DNA of 64,000 nt from Octopus sinensis (taxonomy: Eukaryota). Positions 52,693-64,000 of this stretch are shown piece after piece; the first letter of the stretch is position 1, and each line of letters starts with the position of its first letter. A model generated the notes under the pieces. That model was not told the DNA's origin. It worked only from the letters and a program-made list of their open reading frames with translations, and did not search any database. The DNA lies in contig NC_043007.1 of the NCBI RefSeq assembly GCF_006345805.1, positions 40,052,001-40,116,000 of the forward strand, in the 5' to 3' direction. The position numbers were made by a program, and so were the translations under genes.

Positions 52693-53047
52693 CCATATTT
52701 GATGGTCTATAAGATGCACCTTTTTTACCCAAAAATGGCTTTAAAAAATCACCCTACAACCAATACAATCAATGTAGGCTCAAAACTTATGACTGTTAGC
52801 CGAAATTATACATCAGAGGTATGTTTACAAAACATGTGCTGCCATCTATGGTGAATAATCGCCTATGGTATGTTTTTATCAAATGTGGATGCCATAAATT
52901 GCTTATAATTACCAGTAATAACATAAAGTTATACAGGTAAGTGGAAGAATTAAAACATTATTTTCGTGGTAATTTATTTTACAAAAGCATAGTCTAGGCT
53001 AGGGTGCATCCTATGCACTCATGCATCTTAGAGGCCATCAAATATGG
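52693..53047. mobile_element. pogo/Tigger-type MITE with TA TSD
   Basis: TA|ccatatttgatggtctataagatgca...tgcatcttagaggccatcaaatatgg|TA. Confidence 0.8.
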
Positions 53048-53204
53048 TAATGTGTTTTAAGAGATTGTGAATTACTTGCTACGCAAGTTGTACAATATGG
53101 AATGAGTAACCACTTCAAAACACAAATGGAAGCCAATTGTGACTGAATTGTTGCATTCTTTTCTTCAAACAATGAAATGATTCCTTAAAAGAATACTCCC
53201 TTTT

Positions 53205-53597
53205 CACTCTTTTACTCGTTTCAGTCATTTGACTGTGGCCATGCTGGAGCACCGCCTTTAGTCAAGCAAATCAACCCAGGACTTATTCTTTGTAAGCCTG
53301 GTACTTATTCTATCGGTCTCTTTTGCCGAACCACTAAGTTACGGGGACGTAAACACACCAGCATCAGTTGTCAAGCAATGTCGGGGGAAAAAACACAGAC
53401 ACACAACCACACACACATATATATATATACATATATACGACAGGCTTCTTTCAGTTTCCGTCTATTAAATCCACTCCCAAGGCTTTTGTCGGCCTAAGGC
53501 TATAGTAGAAGACACTTGCCCAAGGTGCCACGCAGTGAAACTGAACCCAGAATCATGTACTTCGTAAGCAAGCTACTTACCACACTCCACTCCTATG
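53205..53597 (-). mobile_element. SINE family A, full length
   Basis: Reverse complement of the family A consensus. Confidence 0.85.
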
Positions 53598-54409
53598 CTG
53601 TTTGAATTTAAATGAGAAATTCCAGAGATGGCAAACGACTAAGAAGGAATCAATTTTTTTTTCTTCTGTAATCTTGGTTATCAAATTACTGCTACATAGA
53701 GCTTTGTCACAACGAACCTTCATAAAATGAAATAATGGTGTGTGTGTGTGTGTGTGTGCACGCATTTGTAGGTGGGTGTTTATGTGTGTATGTGTGCACA
53801 CACATTTGTAGGTGGATGTTTATGTGTATGTGTGCATTTTTGTGCGCATGTGCGTATGTGTGTGCATGCATGTGTGTGTGATTGTGTGCATGTGCATGTG
53901 TACTTATGTATGTGCGTTTGTGTGCATTCATTTGTATGTGTGTTTGTATGTGTATGTGTGTGTGCATGCACATTTGTGGGTGGGTGTTTGTGTGCATGTG
54001 TGTATGTGCGTCTGCATGTGTGTTTGTGTTTGTGTGTGTGCATGTATACATATGTATGTGTGTTTGAGTGTGTGCTTGGGCATGTGTGCATGCATAAATG
54101 CAGCTATGTACAAATAGAAGGACATGTGTACACTTATATGCACTCTTCAAATGGATAATAAATATAAGCAGAGGGACCATCAATGGATTTATTGATTAGG
54201 TATTCACACACACACACACACAAATACACACACATTAAGTTTTGTTTTTATGTCAAGTTATAATAAAAACAGTTTTACATTAAACCGAAGACATACTCAA
54301 TGCTTTTATCCATTTATTCATCTATCTGTCTACCAGTCTGTCTGCCAATGTATCTATCTGTCTGTCTGTCTGATTATCTATCTATCTATCTCTCTCTTTC
54401 TCACTCTCT

Positions 54410-54812
54410 CTCTCTCTATATATATATTATATATATATATAATATAAAATCCGTTCTGCCTGTCTGTGTGTGTGTGTGTGTCTTCTAGGATCTTGGGCAT
54501 CCTCCATCCGATTGTGCTCAAATTTGATATGTAGATACCGACGGTATCAGGGAATGTATAAGTCTTGAAAAAATTACAAAAATCCATTCTAGGTGAGAAT
54601 GCGATTGATAAAGTGAATAAAATCGTGTTTCGTTGGAATAGAAAAAGAGTCTATCTTTATTTCTTCTTTTGCTGGTGTCTCAAATTTTGGTTAAATCAGT
54701 ATTTCTCAAAGGGGAGGCCTATGGGACGGTCGGACAAGTTGTTTTGAGAAAATATTGGTTTTAAATGTTTGACAACTCAGCACCATCCATTGGACAGAGG
54801 GCGTTTTACTCA
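54410..54812 (+). mobile_element. Possible non-autonomous Helitron
   Basis: Starts tctatatatat...ataaaatccgttctgcctgtctgtgtgtg, with ctcaaatttgatatgtagatac internally, a common Helitron-N layout; 3' hairpin/CTAG is degraded. Confidence 0.4.
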
Positions 54813-54819
54813 TATATAT

Positions 54820-54953
54820 ACCGGAGTAAACACATAAATGTGAAACAAGGTGGAAAAAAGAGTACTCAAATACCAGGGGTAGAGTAATATGCTTTATTTA
54901 AAAGCAGTAGAAATTCAACAAAAGCTTTTGTTGAATTTCTGCTGCTTTTAAAT
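54820..54953 (+). mobile_element. Relative of the 41660-41850 element with its apex deleted, leaving a near-perfect 58-bp palindrome
   Basis: Shared leader ccggagtaa(a/g)cacataaatgtgaaa; atttaaaagcagtagaaattcaacaaaagcttttgttgaatttctgctgcttttaaat. Confidence 0.75.
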
Positions 54954-54977
54954 ATATATATATGATGATGATGATGA

Positions 54978-55085
<108 letters not shown>

Positions 55086-55589
55086 GGTAGATATAGATAG
55101 ATAGATACATACATACATACATACATACATACATAGACTCACAGATAGACAGACGGAGACAAAAAGAGACAGAGAAAGAGAGCGGGGGAGAGAGAGAGAG
55201 AAAGAGATATGGTAGATGACTGCATAGGGTGATAGATGCTGACCGAATAGTCCTATAAAAAAAAGACAATGGGTCACACAGACAAAGAGGTAAACATATG
55301 CAACAACCAGTCCAGTGAATAACAGATTGAATAGAAGTGAGATGTGTATTTAACATACAAATAACAGGACATATTTATGGATATAAAAAAAAAGAATCTG
55401 AAAATAGAAAACAAAAATGGGATTAGCAGCTTTGTAATAATTTGTGATTAAAAGTAATGTGGACTAGGGTGGCTTCTAGTATGTTTGTGTAATGGGCAGG
55501 AAATCATGTAATCAAGGAAAATGAACTGGACAATGGATGGTGGCACTTAATTTTGTTTGGTTTGATTTGTTGAATGGGAGATGGGGAAA

Positions 55590-55658
<69 letters not shown>

Positions 55659-55691
55659 TAGATAGATAGATAGATGGATGGATAGATAGAT

Positions 55692-55912
55692 ACTCTTTTA
55701 CTTGTTTCAGTTATTTGACTGTGGCCATGCTGGAGCACTGCCTTTTAGTCGAGCAAATCGACCCCAGGACTTGTTCTTTGTAAGCCTAGAACTTATTTTA
55801 TCAGTCACTTTGGCTGAACCGTTAGGTTACAGAGATGTAAACACACCAACATCAGTTGTCAAGCGAAGTTGGGGGGACAAACACAGATGCACAAACATAT
55901 ACACACATTTAC

Positions 55913-55945
<33 letters not shown>

Positions 55946-56122
55946 CATACATATATACAACGGGCATTTTTCAGTTTCCATCTACCAAATCCACTCACAA
56001 GGCTTTGGTCAGCCTGAGGATATCGTAGAAAACACTTGCCCAAGGTGCCACGCAATGGGATAGAACCTGGAACCATGTGGTTCGTAAGCAAACTACTTAT
56101 CACACAGCCACTCCTACACCTA
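55692..56122 (-). mobile_element. SINE family A
   Basis: Reverse complement of the family A consensus. Confidence 0.85.
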
Positions 56123-56432
56123 TATATACATACACACACACACACACATATATATAGTAATATGTAAAGGTCAGACCCAAGGATCAAGGTGTAGGAAGTT
56201 AGTAAGCATCAAGCAGTCCATAGGAGGTATATAAAGTAACTTTCAGGAACAGTTGTGGTTTATTGACATAGAAGGTTCTTTCTTTTACTTGTTACAGTCA
56301 TTTGACTGTGGCCATGCTGGACTTATTCTTTGTATACCATGAGCATATGGCATTGTGGTAAAGAGCACTGGCTACTAACCCCAAGATTCCAAGTTCGATT
56401 CCAGGCAGTGACCTGATTAATAATAATAATAA

Positions 56433-58840
56433 TCATCATCATCATCGTTTAGCGTCCGCTTTCCACGGTGGCATGTGTTGGACGGTGCAACTGGGGTCTG
56501 GGAAGCCAGAAGGCTGCGCCAGGCCCAGTCTGATCTGGCAATGTTTCTATGGCTGGATGCCCTTCCTAATGCCAACCACTCCATGAGTGTAGTGGGTGCT
56601 TTTTACGTGCCACCTGCACAGGTGCCAGACAAGTCTGGCAAATGGCCACGGTCGGATGGTGCTTTTTATGTGCCACCGGCACGGAGGCCAGGCGAGGCTG
56701 GCAACGGCCACGATCGGATGGTGCTTTTTACGTGCCACCGACACGGAAGCCAGTCAGGGCGGCACTGGCAACGGCCATGTTCAGATGGTTCTCTTATGTG
56801 CCACCAGCACTGATATCACAGCGACAATTTCCATTCATCTTAATCATTTTTGATTTTTTCCATTTTTGATTTTTTGATTTTCACTTGCTTCACAAGTAGG
56901 GTTTTGTGTCCCAAGAAGGAAATGTATGCATAAGTGTCCTGCCAGGTCTTCTCACGCACAGCATACTTCCAAAGGTCTCGGTCTCTAGTCATTTCCTCGG
57001 TGAGACCTAAAGTTCGAAGGTCGTGCTTCACCTCATCCCAGGTTTTCTTGGGTCTGCCCCACAGATTCCTCAACAGCTAGGGTGTGGCACTTTTTCACAC
57101 ACTATCTCATCCATTCTCGCCACATGGCCATACCAGCGCAAACGTCTCTCTTGCACACCGCAACTGATGCTTCTTAGGTCCAACTTCTCTCTCAAGGTAC
57201 TTACACTCTGTCGAGTATGAACACTGACATTACACATCCATCGGAGCATACTGGCTTCATTTCTTGCGAGCTTACGCATATCCTCAGCAGTCACAGCCCA
57301 TTTCACTGCCATGTAGCATGGCTGTTCGTACACAAGCATCATACAGTCTACCTTTTACTCTGAGCGAGAGGCCTTTGTCCTAGCAGAGGTAAGAGCTCTC
57401 TGAACTTTGCCCAAGCTATTCTTACTCTAGCAGTTACACTTTCAACACACCCACCCCCGCTACTGACTTGGTCACCTAGGTAACGGAAGCTATCAACTAT
57501 TTCTAGTTTTTCTCCCTGGAAAGTGACGGAAGTTGGTCTCAGAGCATTTTCAGTGTTTATTGCTCCTGAGCATCTGCCACATACAAAAACTATCTTCCTA
57601 GTTAGCCTTCCCTTGACGTTGCTGCACCTCTTGTGTGTCCATAGCTTACACTTGGTGCATCTTATAGAGTTTCTACCTACGTCTTTCCTACAGATTGAGC
57701 AAGGCCATCTACCTGAAGGCGTTTGTGACTTGTCTACCTTCCTACTTATTAGGACTTTGGTTTTAGCTTGGTTGACTCTAAGGCCCTTCGATTCTAATCC
57801 TTGCTTCCACACCTGAAACTTCTCCTCCAGTTCTGATAGTGACTCAGCAATTAGAGCAAGGTCATCAGCATAGAGGAGTTCCCAGGGGCATCCTGTCTTG
57901 AATTCCACCATTATTGCCTGGAGGACTACGATAAATAGGAGGGGGCTGAGGGCTGAACCTTTGTGGTCCCCTACCTCTACCCGGAATTCTTCACTGTACT
58001 CGTAGCCAACCCTCACCTTACTAGCAGCGTCCCTGTACATGGCTTGCACAGCTCTCACTAACCATTCATCTATCCCTAGTTTCTTCATTGACCACCAGAT
58101 AAGGGATCGGGGGACCCTGTCGAAAGCTTTCTCCATGTCAACGAAAGCCAGGTACAGTGGCTTATCTTTGGCTAGATATTTCTCCTGCAGCTTGTCTTAC
58201 CAGGAATATGGCATCAGTGGTGCTTTTCCCTGGCATGAATCCAAACTGCATCTATCTAAACTAACTATCTCTAACTAGTTGGGCTATGACCCTCTCCGTA
58301 ACCTTCATTACCTGATCCAACAGCTTGATACCTCTGTATTATTTGTATCTAGGGCGTCACCTTTACCTTTGTAGCAGTTGACTATTATGCTGCTACACCA
58401 ATCATTGGGTATGACTCCTTCGTGTATTACCTGATTAACTATACGGGTGACTAGGCTATAGCTGACACTACCAGATATTTTGAGCATCTCTGCAGTAATT
58501 CCTGATGGGCCTGGGGCTTTCCCTGTCTTCATGCTTCTAATTGCCTCAGTTACCAAGGAACTGTCAACTCGGATAGCTGGTCCTTCTGTTGGGTCGACAT
58601 TTGGCAGACTCTCTTTATCCCATTCATTTTCTTCATTCAGCAACCTTTCATAGTGACGTCTCCACACCTCTCTCTTTGCATCCTCATTTAGTGCAAGTGA
58701 ACCATCATCCATGCGAACGCATTTCTCTCCTACCACATCACGATTCTCTCTCACACACTGTCTTGCAATGCGTAATACCTCAAGTCTTTGGTCCTCACGG
58801 CTCAGGACATTGGCAAGTTTTTTCTTATCTGCTTATCTTT
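56433..58840 (-). mobile_element. 5'-truncated RTE-clade LINE (RT + PHD-like finger + 3' UTR), frameshifted
   Basis: KAPGPSGITAEMLK, KAFDRVPR, QGSALSPLLF-like HKGSALSPLLF, LLYADDLAL, FRYLG, RRLRWYGHVARM; (GAT)n tail at about 56433-56446. Confidence 0.92.
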
Positions 58841-58916
58841 TTTCTTATTATCTTAATAATAATAATAACATAAAAAATACCTTAGGAATGAGAACCCAGG
58901 TTTTAAATTTCCCCAA

Positions 58917-58962
58917 GACACCTGATGAAGGCTGGAGGGTATATCAGCTGAAACGTTGTGTT
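58917..58962 (+). ncRNA. Minimal type I hammerhead ribozyme motif with intact core
   Basis: gacac-CTGATGA-a-ggctg-gagggtatat-cagct-GAAAC-GTT-gtgtt: stem I gacac/gtgtt, stem II ggctg/cagct, palindromic ACGU in place of stem III; predicted cleavage after 58957. Confidence 0.7.
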
Positions 58963-59476
58963 AACAACAAGCAAGATGAGGACAAATATCCGTCAAATGT
59001 AAATAATGTACATAATTCCTCATCTCTTAAATATAGAACTATATTTGTAAGCCTAGTACTTATTCTATTAATCTTTTCGCCAAACCGCTATGTCGCAGGG
59101 AGATAAGCATACCAACATCAGTTGTCAAGCGATGGTGGGGGGACAAACACAGATACATACACAAATACATAGACACAACACACATGCACACACACACACA
59201 AATATATATATATATATATATAAGACAAGCTTCTTTCAGTTCCGTCTACCAAATCCACCCACAAGACTTTGGTCAGCCTGAGGCTATAGTAGAAGACACT
59301 TACCCATGGTGCCATGCAGTGGGACTGAAACTGTAACCATGTGGTTGGTAAGCCAGCTACTTACCACACAGCTATAGCTATCCATGAATTTTTCCCATAT
59401 CAAACTTCAATAAGCAGAAAAATGTCATTTTATAGTTTGCCGTGAGCAACAGGTATTGCAGTGTATGTGAATAAAA

Positions 59477-59855
59477 ATCTAAATTTAGGGAATGGAGCAG
59501 GTAAAATCCAGACTACATTTGTTTCCTAGCAAGCAGAACCTCGAAATTAGTAATTACTCAATGAGGGGTACTCTGCTAGTTAATCATCAGACCATAGATA
59601 TCTTAGTCAAATGAAGTTTATGTTGTCAAGGGATCCCATGTTAACTTACAGGAGATTTGATTGGTCAAATTTCCTGTGAGTTAACATGGGATCCCTTGAC
59701 GAAAATGTAAGCTTCATATAATTAAGGTATCTTCAGCTTGATGATTAACTAGTAGAGTACCCCTCATTGAGTAATTACTACTCCGAGGTTCTGCTTGCTA
59801 GGAAACATATATAGCCTGGATTTTACCTGCTCCATTCCATTCCTTAAATTTAGAT
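59477..59855. other. ~380-bp fold-back palindrome
   Basis: ggaatggagcaggtaaaatccag...gtcaagggatcccatgttaact..caggagattt / aaatttcctgtgagttaacatgggatcccttgac...ctggattttacctgctccattcc. Confidence 0.9.
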
Positions 59856-59892
59856 GTGTGTGTGTGTGTGTGTATGCATGTATATATGTATG

Positions 59893-59926
<34 letters not shown>

Positions 59927-60111
59927 CATATATATATTCGTCATCATAGATCGCTAGCCACTACACACATTTTTTCTCTCCCTGTTTCTTTCTGTGGAAG
60001 AGCATAGGCTCGAAAGATTAAAGACTTTTTCAATTACCGAATGTTATACTTATACATCTGTTTGTTTTCTACACCACCTGTCTTCATCTTTTGTTTTTTT
60101 TGTGAATTCTT

Positions 60112-60146
<35 letters not shown>

Positions 60147-60367
60147 GCATATATATTTCTATATATGTACATACACACACACACACACACACATATACAT
60201 ATATATGTAGATAGATAGTGTGTGTGTGTACATACACCAACACATACACACACCTAGATATGCATGCATAAACACATTGTAATTATGTCTGTTAGTGTGT
60301 TTATTAACCATAAAACTTATTCATGCTCATGCTGTTACCATAATATAGGTCATCACCATACTGTTAC

Positions 60368-60432
60368 CGAACATAACGAAATGCAAAGAAGCCAAGTCGA
60401 CGCTCATTAGTCATATCACTTTTCATCATTAG
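60368..60432 (-). CDS. Best candidate exon: LMMKSDMTNERRLGFFAFRYVR (unassigned)
   Basis: Strong acceptor ttctatttttcatatgtgccttacag|, donor tcg|gtaaca; only phase 0 is open; CpG-retaining, protein-like codons in unique sequence. Confidence 0.35.
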
Positions 60433-60936
60433 CTGTAAGGCACATATGAAAAATAGAATAATGTGTACCATGAGCAGGATGGAACAGACATTGTGATGAG
60501 CCGGCAAAGACCAGGTGAAACTAGCTGAGCTATTCTGTGTTCTCTTCTTCTGAGAGAACTCAAGGCATAATCTATGTTTATGATATGCAGTGATATAAAA
60601 TGATTTAGTATTTATCCACATGTATGACATTTCAATTTTACTTAATATACAACACACACACTCACACACGCAAACAAAACAACTCTCGCACATGCATGCA
60701 TGCATGCATCCATCCATCCATCCATACATACATACATACAACACACATGCAAACAAAACAACTCACATACATACATACATACATACATGGGTTATATCGA
60801 AAGTAATGCAAAAGCAGGCTATAATTTTTTCATCAAATAACATTGGGCATTCAAACTGTACAGGTTAGTATAAATAAACACTTCCGTGCAGGTAAATAAT
60901 TAGATCTAAGCAGAAGCAATGAGATGTTATTGAGTT

Positions 60937-61363
60937 TGTAGTGACGCCAGGTTCCAGACGCCATTTTGGGATTTTCATCTACGCATGTGCAAGTATTAGT
61001 CTTCCGGAAAGCCTGCCGGAAGTCCCTTATGCGAATGCGACAGTAATCAGCAGCAGCTTGCTTTTACCTCTATTCTTTCTTTCTGCTTCCTGCTGCCGAG
61101 AGAACCAGACAAGCTCCATTAAAGGCGAAATACGACTTGGCGAGCTGTGAAGAATGCCTTCAACAATTGTGATTTAAACCGACTCTGCTGTTTCCAACCC
61201 CAGGTGTCCAGGCTACCGATGTCCAGAGATGAAATGCTTATTTCGGCCAAATGAATTATTATTGTTATTTGTTTGGAGATTCGTGTTCCTGCTATTTTTT
61301 CCTTTCTACAACTATGTAAGGAAATGTGAGGCACCAACAGTGCCAATATCACATGCTCCTATA
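60937..61363. mobile_element. Solo-LTR-like insert with 4-bp TSD agtt
   Basis: Begins TGTAG, ends CTATA (one change from CTACA); agtt at 60933-60936 and 61364-61367; removal restores gtt att gag ttc ttg acg (VIEFLT). Confidence 0.65.
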
Positions 61364-61474
61364 AGTTCTTGACGAAGGAGGGAGGGAAGCAGGCTGTCCC
61401 ACATCGATACGAGGTTGTTAAGGAGATGACACATTGACAAAAGCAATGTGCACAGATGGATGAAGACGTTTAAA

Positions 61475-61705
61475 AGGTGGCGAGCTGGCAGAAGCGTTAG
61501 CGCACTAGGCGAAATGTTTAGCGGTATTTCGTCTGCCATTACGTTGAGTTCAAATTCCGCCGAGGTCGACTTTGCCTTTCATCCTTTCGGGGTCGATAAA
61601 TTAAGTACCGGTTACGCACTGAGGTCGATCTAATCGACTTAATCCCATTGTCTGTCATTGTTTGTCTCCTCTATGTTTAGTCCCTTGTGGGCAATAAAGA
61701 AATAA
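61475..61705 (+). mobile_element. SINE family B with 13-bp TSD gaagacgtttaaa
   Basis: TSD at 61462-61474 and 61706-61718. Confidence 0.9.
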
Positions 61706-62085
61706 GAAGACGTTTAAAGAATGAAAAACAAACTCTGAAGACAAACCACGCAGTGGGAGAGATTATCAACTGCAACCTCTGATACGAAACAACAAAGTGA
61801 ATCACTAATAAAGTCAAGTCACAGTCCATGAGCTTCCTATACAACTGGACTGCATTCATAGTGCATTTGAGAAAATGATGGAAAAATTTGAGTAACAGAA
61901 AGTGTGTACCTCAGTAGTTGATTTTGAAGGAGAGGAGGGTAAAAGCCAACTCTGATTTGCTGGAATCTTTTAAAGCCAATATTCGTTTTCCAATCTGATG
62001 ACTGGGGACGGAACACGGGCGTAACTCTGGAAATGAAGACAGTTCAAGGATTAGTGTCATATCTTTTCTCCAACGGCAAAGAGGT

Positions 62086-62592
62086 TGTCACTAATGGATG
62101 TTGGGTGTTTGCTCTGTCAGGGTTAAATAGGTGAATAATATGTTTCTTGGCTACTTGAAAAAACAACTTAAACAGCACCCAAAAACGTTTTACTAATGTA
62201 TTTATTGTCGTACATAAGAACTAACTGCGTTGGCCATTTACAGTTAACAACAACAATAATTACAGACTGGGAGAGAGATACTACTCTGAGATTACAGAAA
62301 GTTATCAGTATGGCAACATGCGCTCGGCCCAACTTATCTGAAATCAGCTGCGCTATCTTCATGGCGACGAAGGTCCTTGCTCATCTGACCTCGGTCGTCT
62401 GTTCTCTAAACTGCGCGCCAAACGGTTTTTATAGGGGACCGGGAGCCAAATTCTACAATGTTCAAGAAAGCCCTGTCATGCTATTGCCTCACGCTGATTT
62501 GTCGGTTAATGGTTCGATCTTGTGAAACAATGATGGTTCACTTGTGATGTTGGACCAAGTATCCAGCAATTCGGTTTCAAATCACTGCTACA
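62086..62592 (-). mobile_element. Solo-LTR-like insert with TATA box and poly(A) signal
   Basis: TGT...ACA ends; removal restores gca aag aag ttc aag (AKKFK); minus strand cctataaaaa (~62427-62436), cagttt Inr-like, and aataaa (~62200-62205). Confidence 0.6.
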
Positions 62593-63207
62593 AGTTCAAG
62601 AGTCAGTGATCTACACAGAAACTCTTAGTGACTATTTTTTGTGGGGAGGGGTATAACAGGAGCATAATTCTTTTTGATTTTTTTTTTTGGAACATGGCTG
62701 TACTTTAAGTGGTAAGTGAGCAGTACATTTTGAAGAGTAATTTAAGCTCAAAATAACTTAGAAAAAAATTCAGTGGATCTGAAATTAGACTACATTCAAC
62801 CATGACCGTGTGTGACTACACACATCTTTGACAACAAATCAAGCAATCGTCAAGCAGGACTGGTCAGTGGTTCACTATTTACCATACATCATGGGTGTGG
62901 TACCCTACAACTTCCATTTTTGCTAATGAAGGTCAAACTTCTGCGACAAAAATTTGATGACACGGACGATGTGGAAATGGCTGTGAAGAAGTGGGTACAA
63001 CTGTTAATTCCACAACATTTTCCAAAAATATATTTAAGAATTGAGTGCAGTGAAAATACATTTGCAATAGAGACTATGTTGAGTAGAAACCTTTGAGTAA
63101 AGGAAGAATTACTCTACCAACATGAGCAACATGGACGACTAATACAAGTAAATAAAAAAAAAATAGTTATGACAACTTTTGCATTATTTTCGATATAAAC
63201 CCCCGTG

Positions 63208-63600
63208 AGAGAGTAACAGAGAAAGAGAGCAAGGGAGAGAGTGAAAGAGAAGGTGAGAGAGGGATAACGGAGGGAAAGAGAGACGGACGGATGAGGAGAG
63301 GAAAAGAGAGAGGAATAGACGGACAGAGGGGGAGAGAGAAATAAAGGAGGAGAGAGAGAGGGTGAGAGGGAAAGTGGGAGAACGGGATGGATGGATGGAT
63401 GGTGAGAGAGAAAGAGAGAGAGGAAGGAGGGAAGAGAGAGGGAAGTGGGAGTAACGGTGGGCGAGAGAAAAAGTGAGAGAAAAGGACGGACGGAGGATGA
63501 GAGAGAGAGAGAGACAGAGAGAGGTGGGGAGGAGCGAGTAACGGAGGGTGAGAGGGAAAGAGGGACGGAAGCTGAGAGAAAAAGCGGGAGAACGAAGGTG
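63208..63600. repeat. GA-rich low-complexity tract
   Basis: Direct inspection. Confidence 0.75.
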
Positions 63601-64000
63601 GAGATTTGTACGTCTGAGCGCCTGTTACCTTTCAATTGGCAACTCTATACACAGCCGTGTCTTAACTGTTACATCATCCACTCTCCTTCTCTCGTTCTCT
63701 CTCTCCCCGCAACCCTCACCCCTTTTTCCTCCAATCACCGCCTACACTTCGACACTATCTTTCTGTTATTATCTCACAACGTGTTGTCTTATAGCCGGCT
63801 AATGGAGTAAATGCATTATTTAAAACTTGCTGTTGCCGTCTCTGTTATATAGCATTTCTCCTTTCTTTCTTCATTTCTATATCTCTATTGATCTATCGAT
63901 CCCTCATCATCACACACACACACACACACACGTCACAATGTCCCCAGCTGATTGCTTCAAACGTTCTCAGCTGCCGTGCACAATGCAGTAAAATGTATGT

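Larger units (their letters stand above)
56335..59043 (+). mobile_element. Complete HHR-SINE (head 56335-56432, tail 58850-59043) interrupted by an antisense RTE; sits inside a family A SINE (56278-56334, 59044-59372)
   Basis: A-box tggcattgtgg and B-box gttcgattcc, (TAA)n on both sides of the RTE, direct repeat tttgta at 56329-56334 and 59044-59049. Confidence 0.8.
60786..63205 (+). mobile_element. Full-length decayed mariner transposon with three nested insertions
   Basis: TIRs catgggttatatcgaaagtaatgcaaaag / cttttgcattattttcgatataaacccccg; after removing inserts it reads VIEFLTKEG...KSNVHRWMKTFK...EDKPRSGR...MTGDGT...SPTAKKFK...FDFLEHG...KFDDTDDVEMAVKKW...GDYVE; net length about 1.24 kb. 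Confidence 0.88.

Noticed and set aside
56341-56410. tRNA gene-like sequence (also 19961-20030, 61476-61560 and all SINE heads)
   Set aside because: A/B boxes present but no complete cloverleaf or acceptor stem; each continues into a SINE body

Overview
AT-rich, repeat-saturated eukaryotic DNA. The SINE families and microsatellite load look like an octopod cephalopod (Octopus-like); this is recognised from memory, not confirmed by a search. No complete host gene can be supported: almost all listed ORFs are translations of microsatellites, SINEs or decayed transposons, and only a few short, unassigned candidate exons remain. The window is a layered archive of mobile DNA: about 22 copies of one tRNA-headed SINE (family A), about 12 of a second (family B), an RTE LINE with a PHD-like finger and many dispersed copies of its 3' UTR, Dong/R4-like, CR1/L2-like and L1/Tx1-like fragments, a full-length mariner interrupted by two solo-LTR-like inserts and a SINE, and pogo, hAT, piggyBac, Harbinger and Helitron/HINE-type non-autonomous elements. 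The most notable signal is a set of hammerhead-ribozyme (HHR) motifs of the Penelope-like type I form, in at least three unrelated repeat families. One family joins a tRNA-derived Pol III head, a (TAA)n spacer and a minimal HHR. It occurs here as a copy with an intact CUGAUGA core (56335-59043, split by an RTE insertion), an inverted head-to-head pair with a 12-bp flanking direct repeat, and a copy carrying flank from another copy. Long fold-back palindromes and inverted SINE pairs are also abundant and are potential dsRNA.
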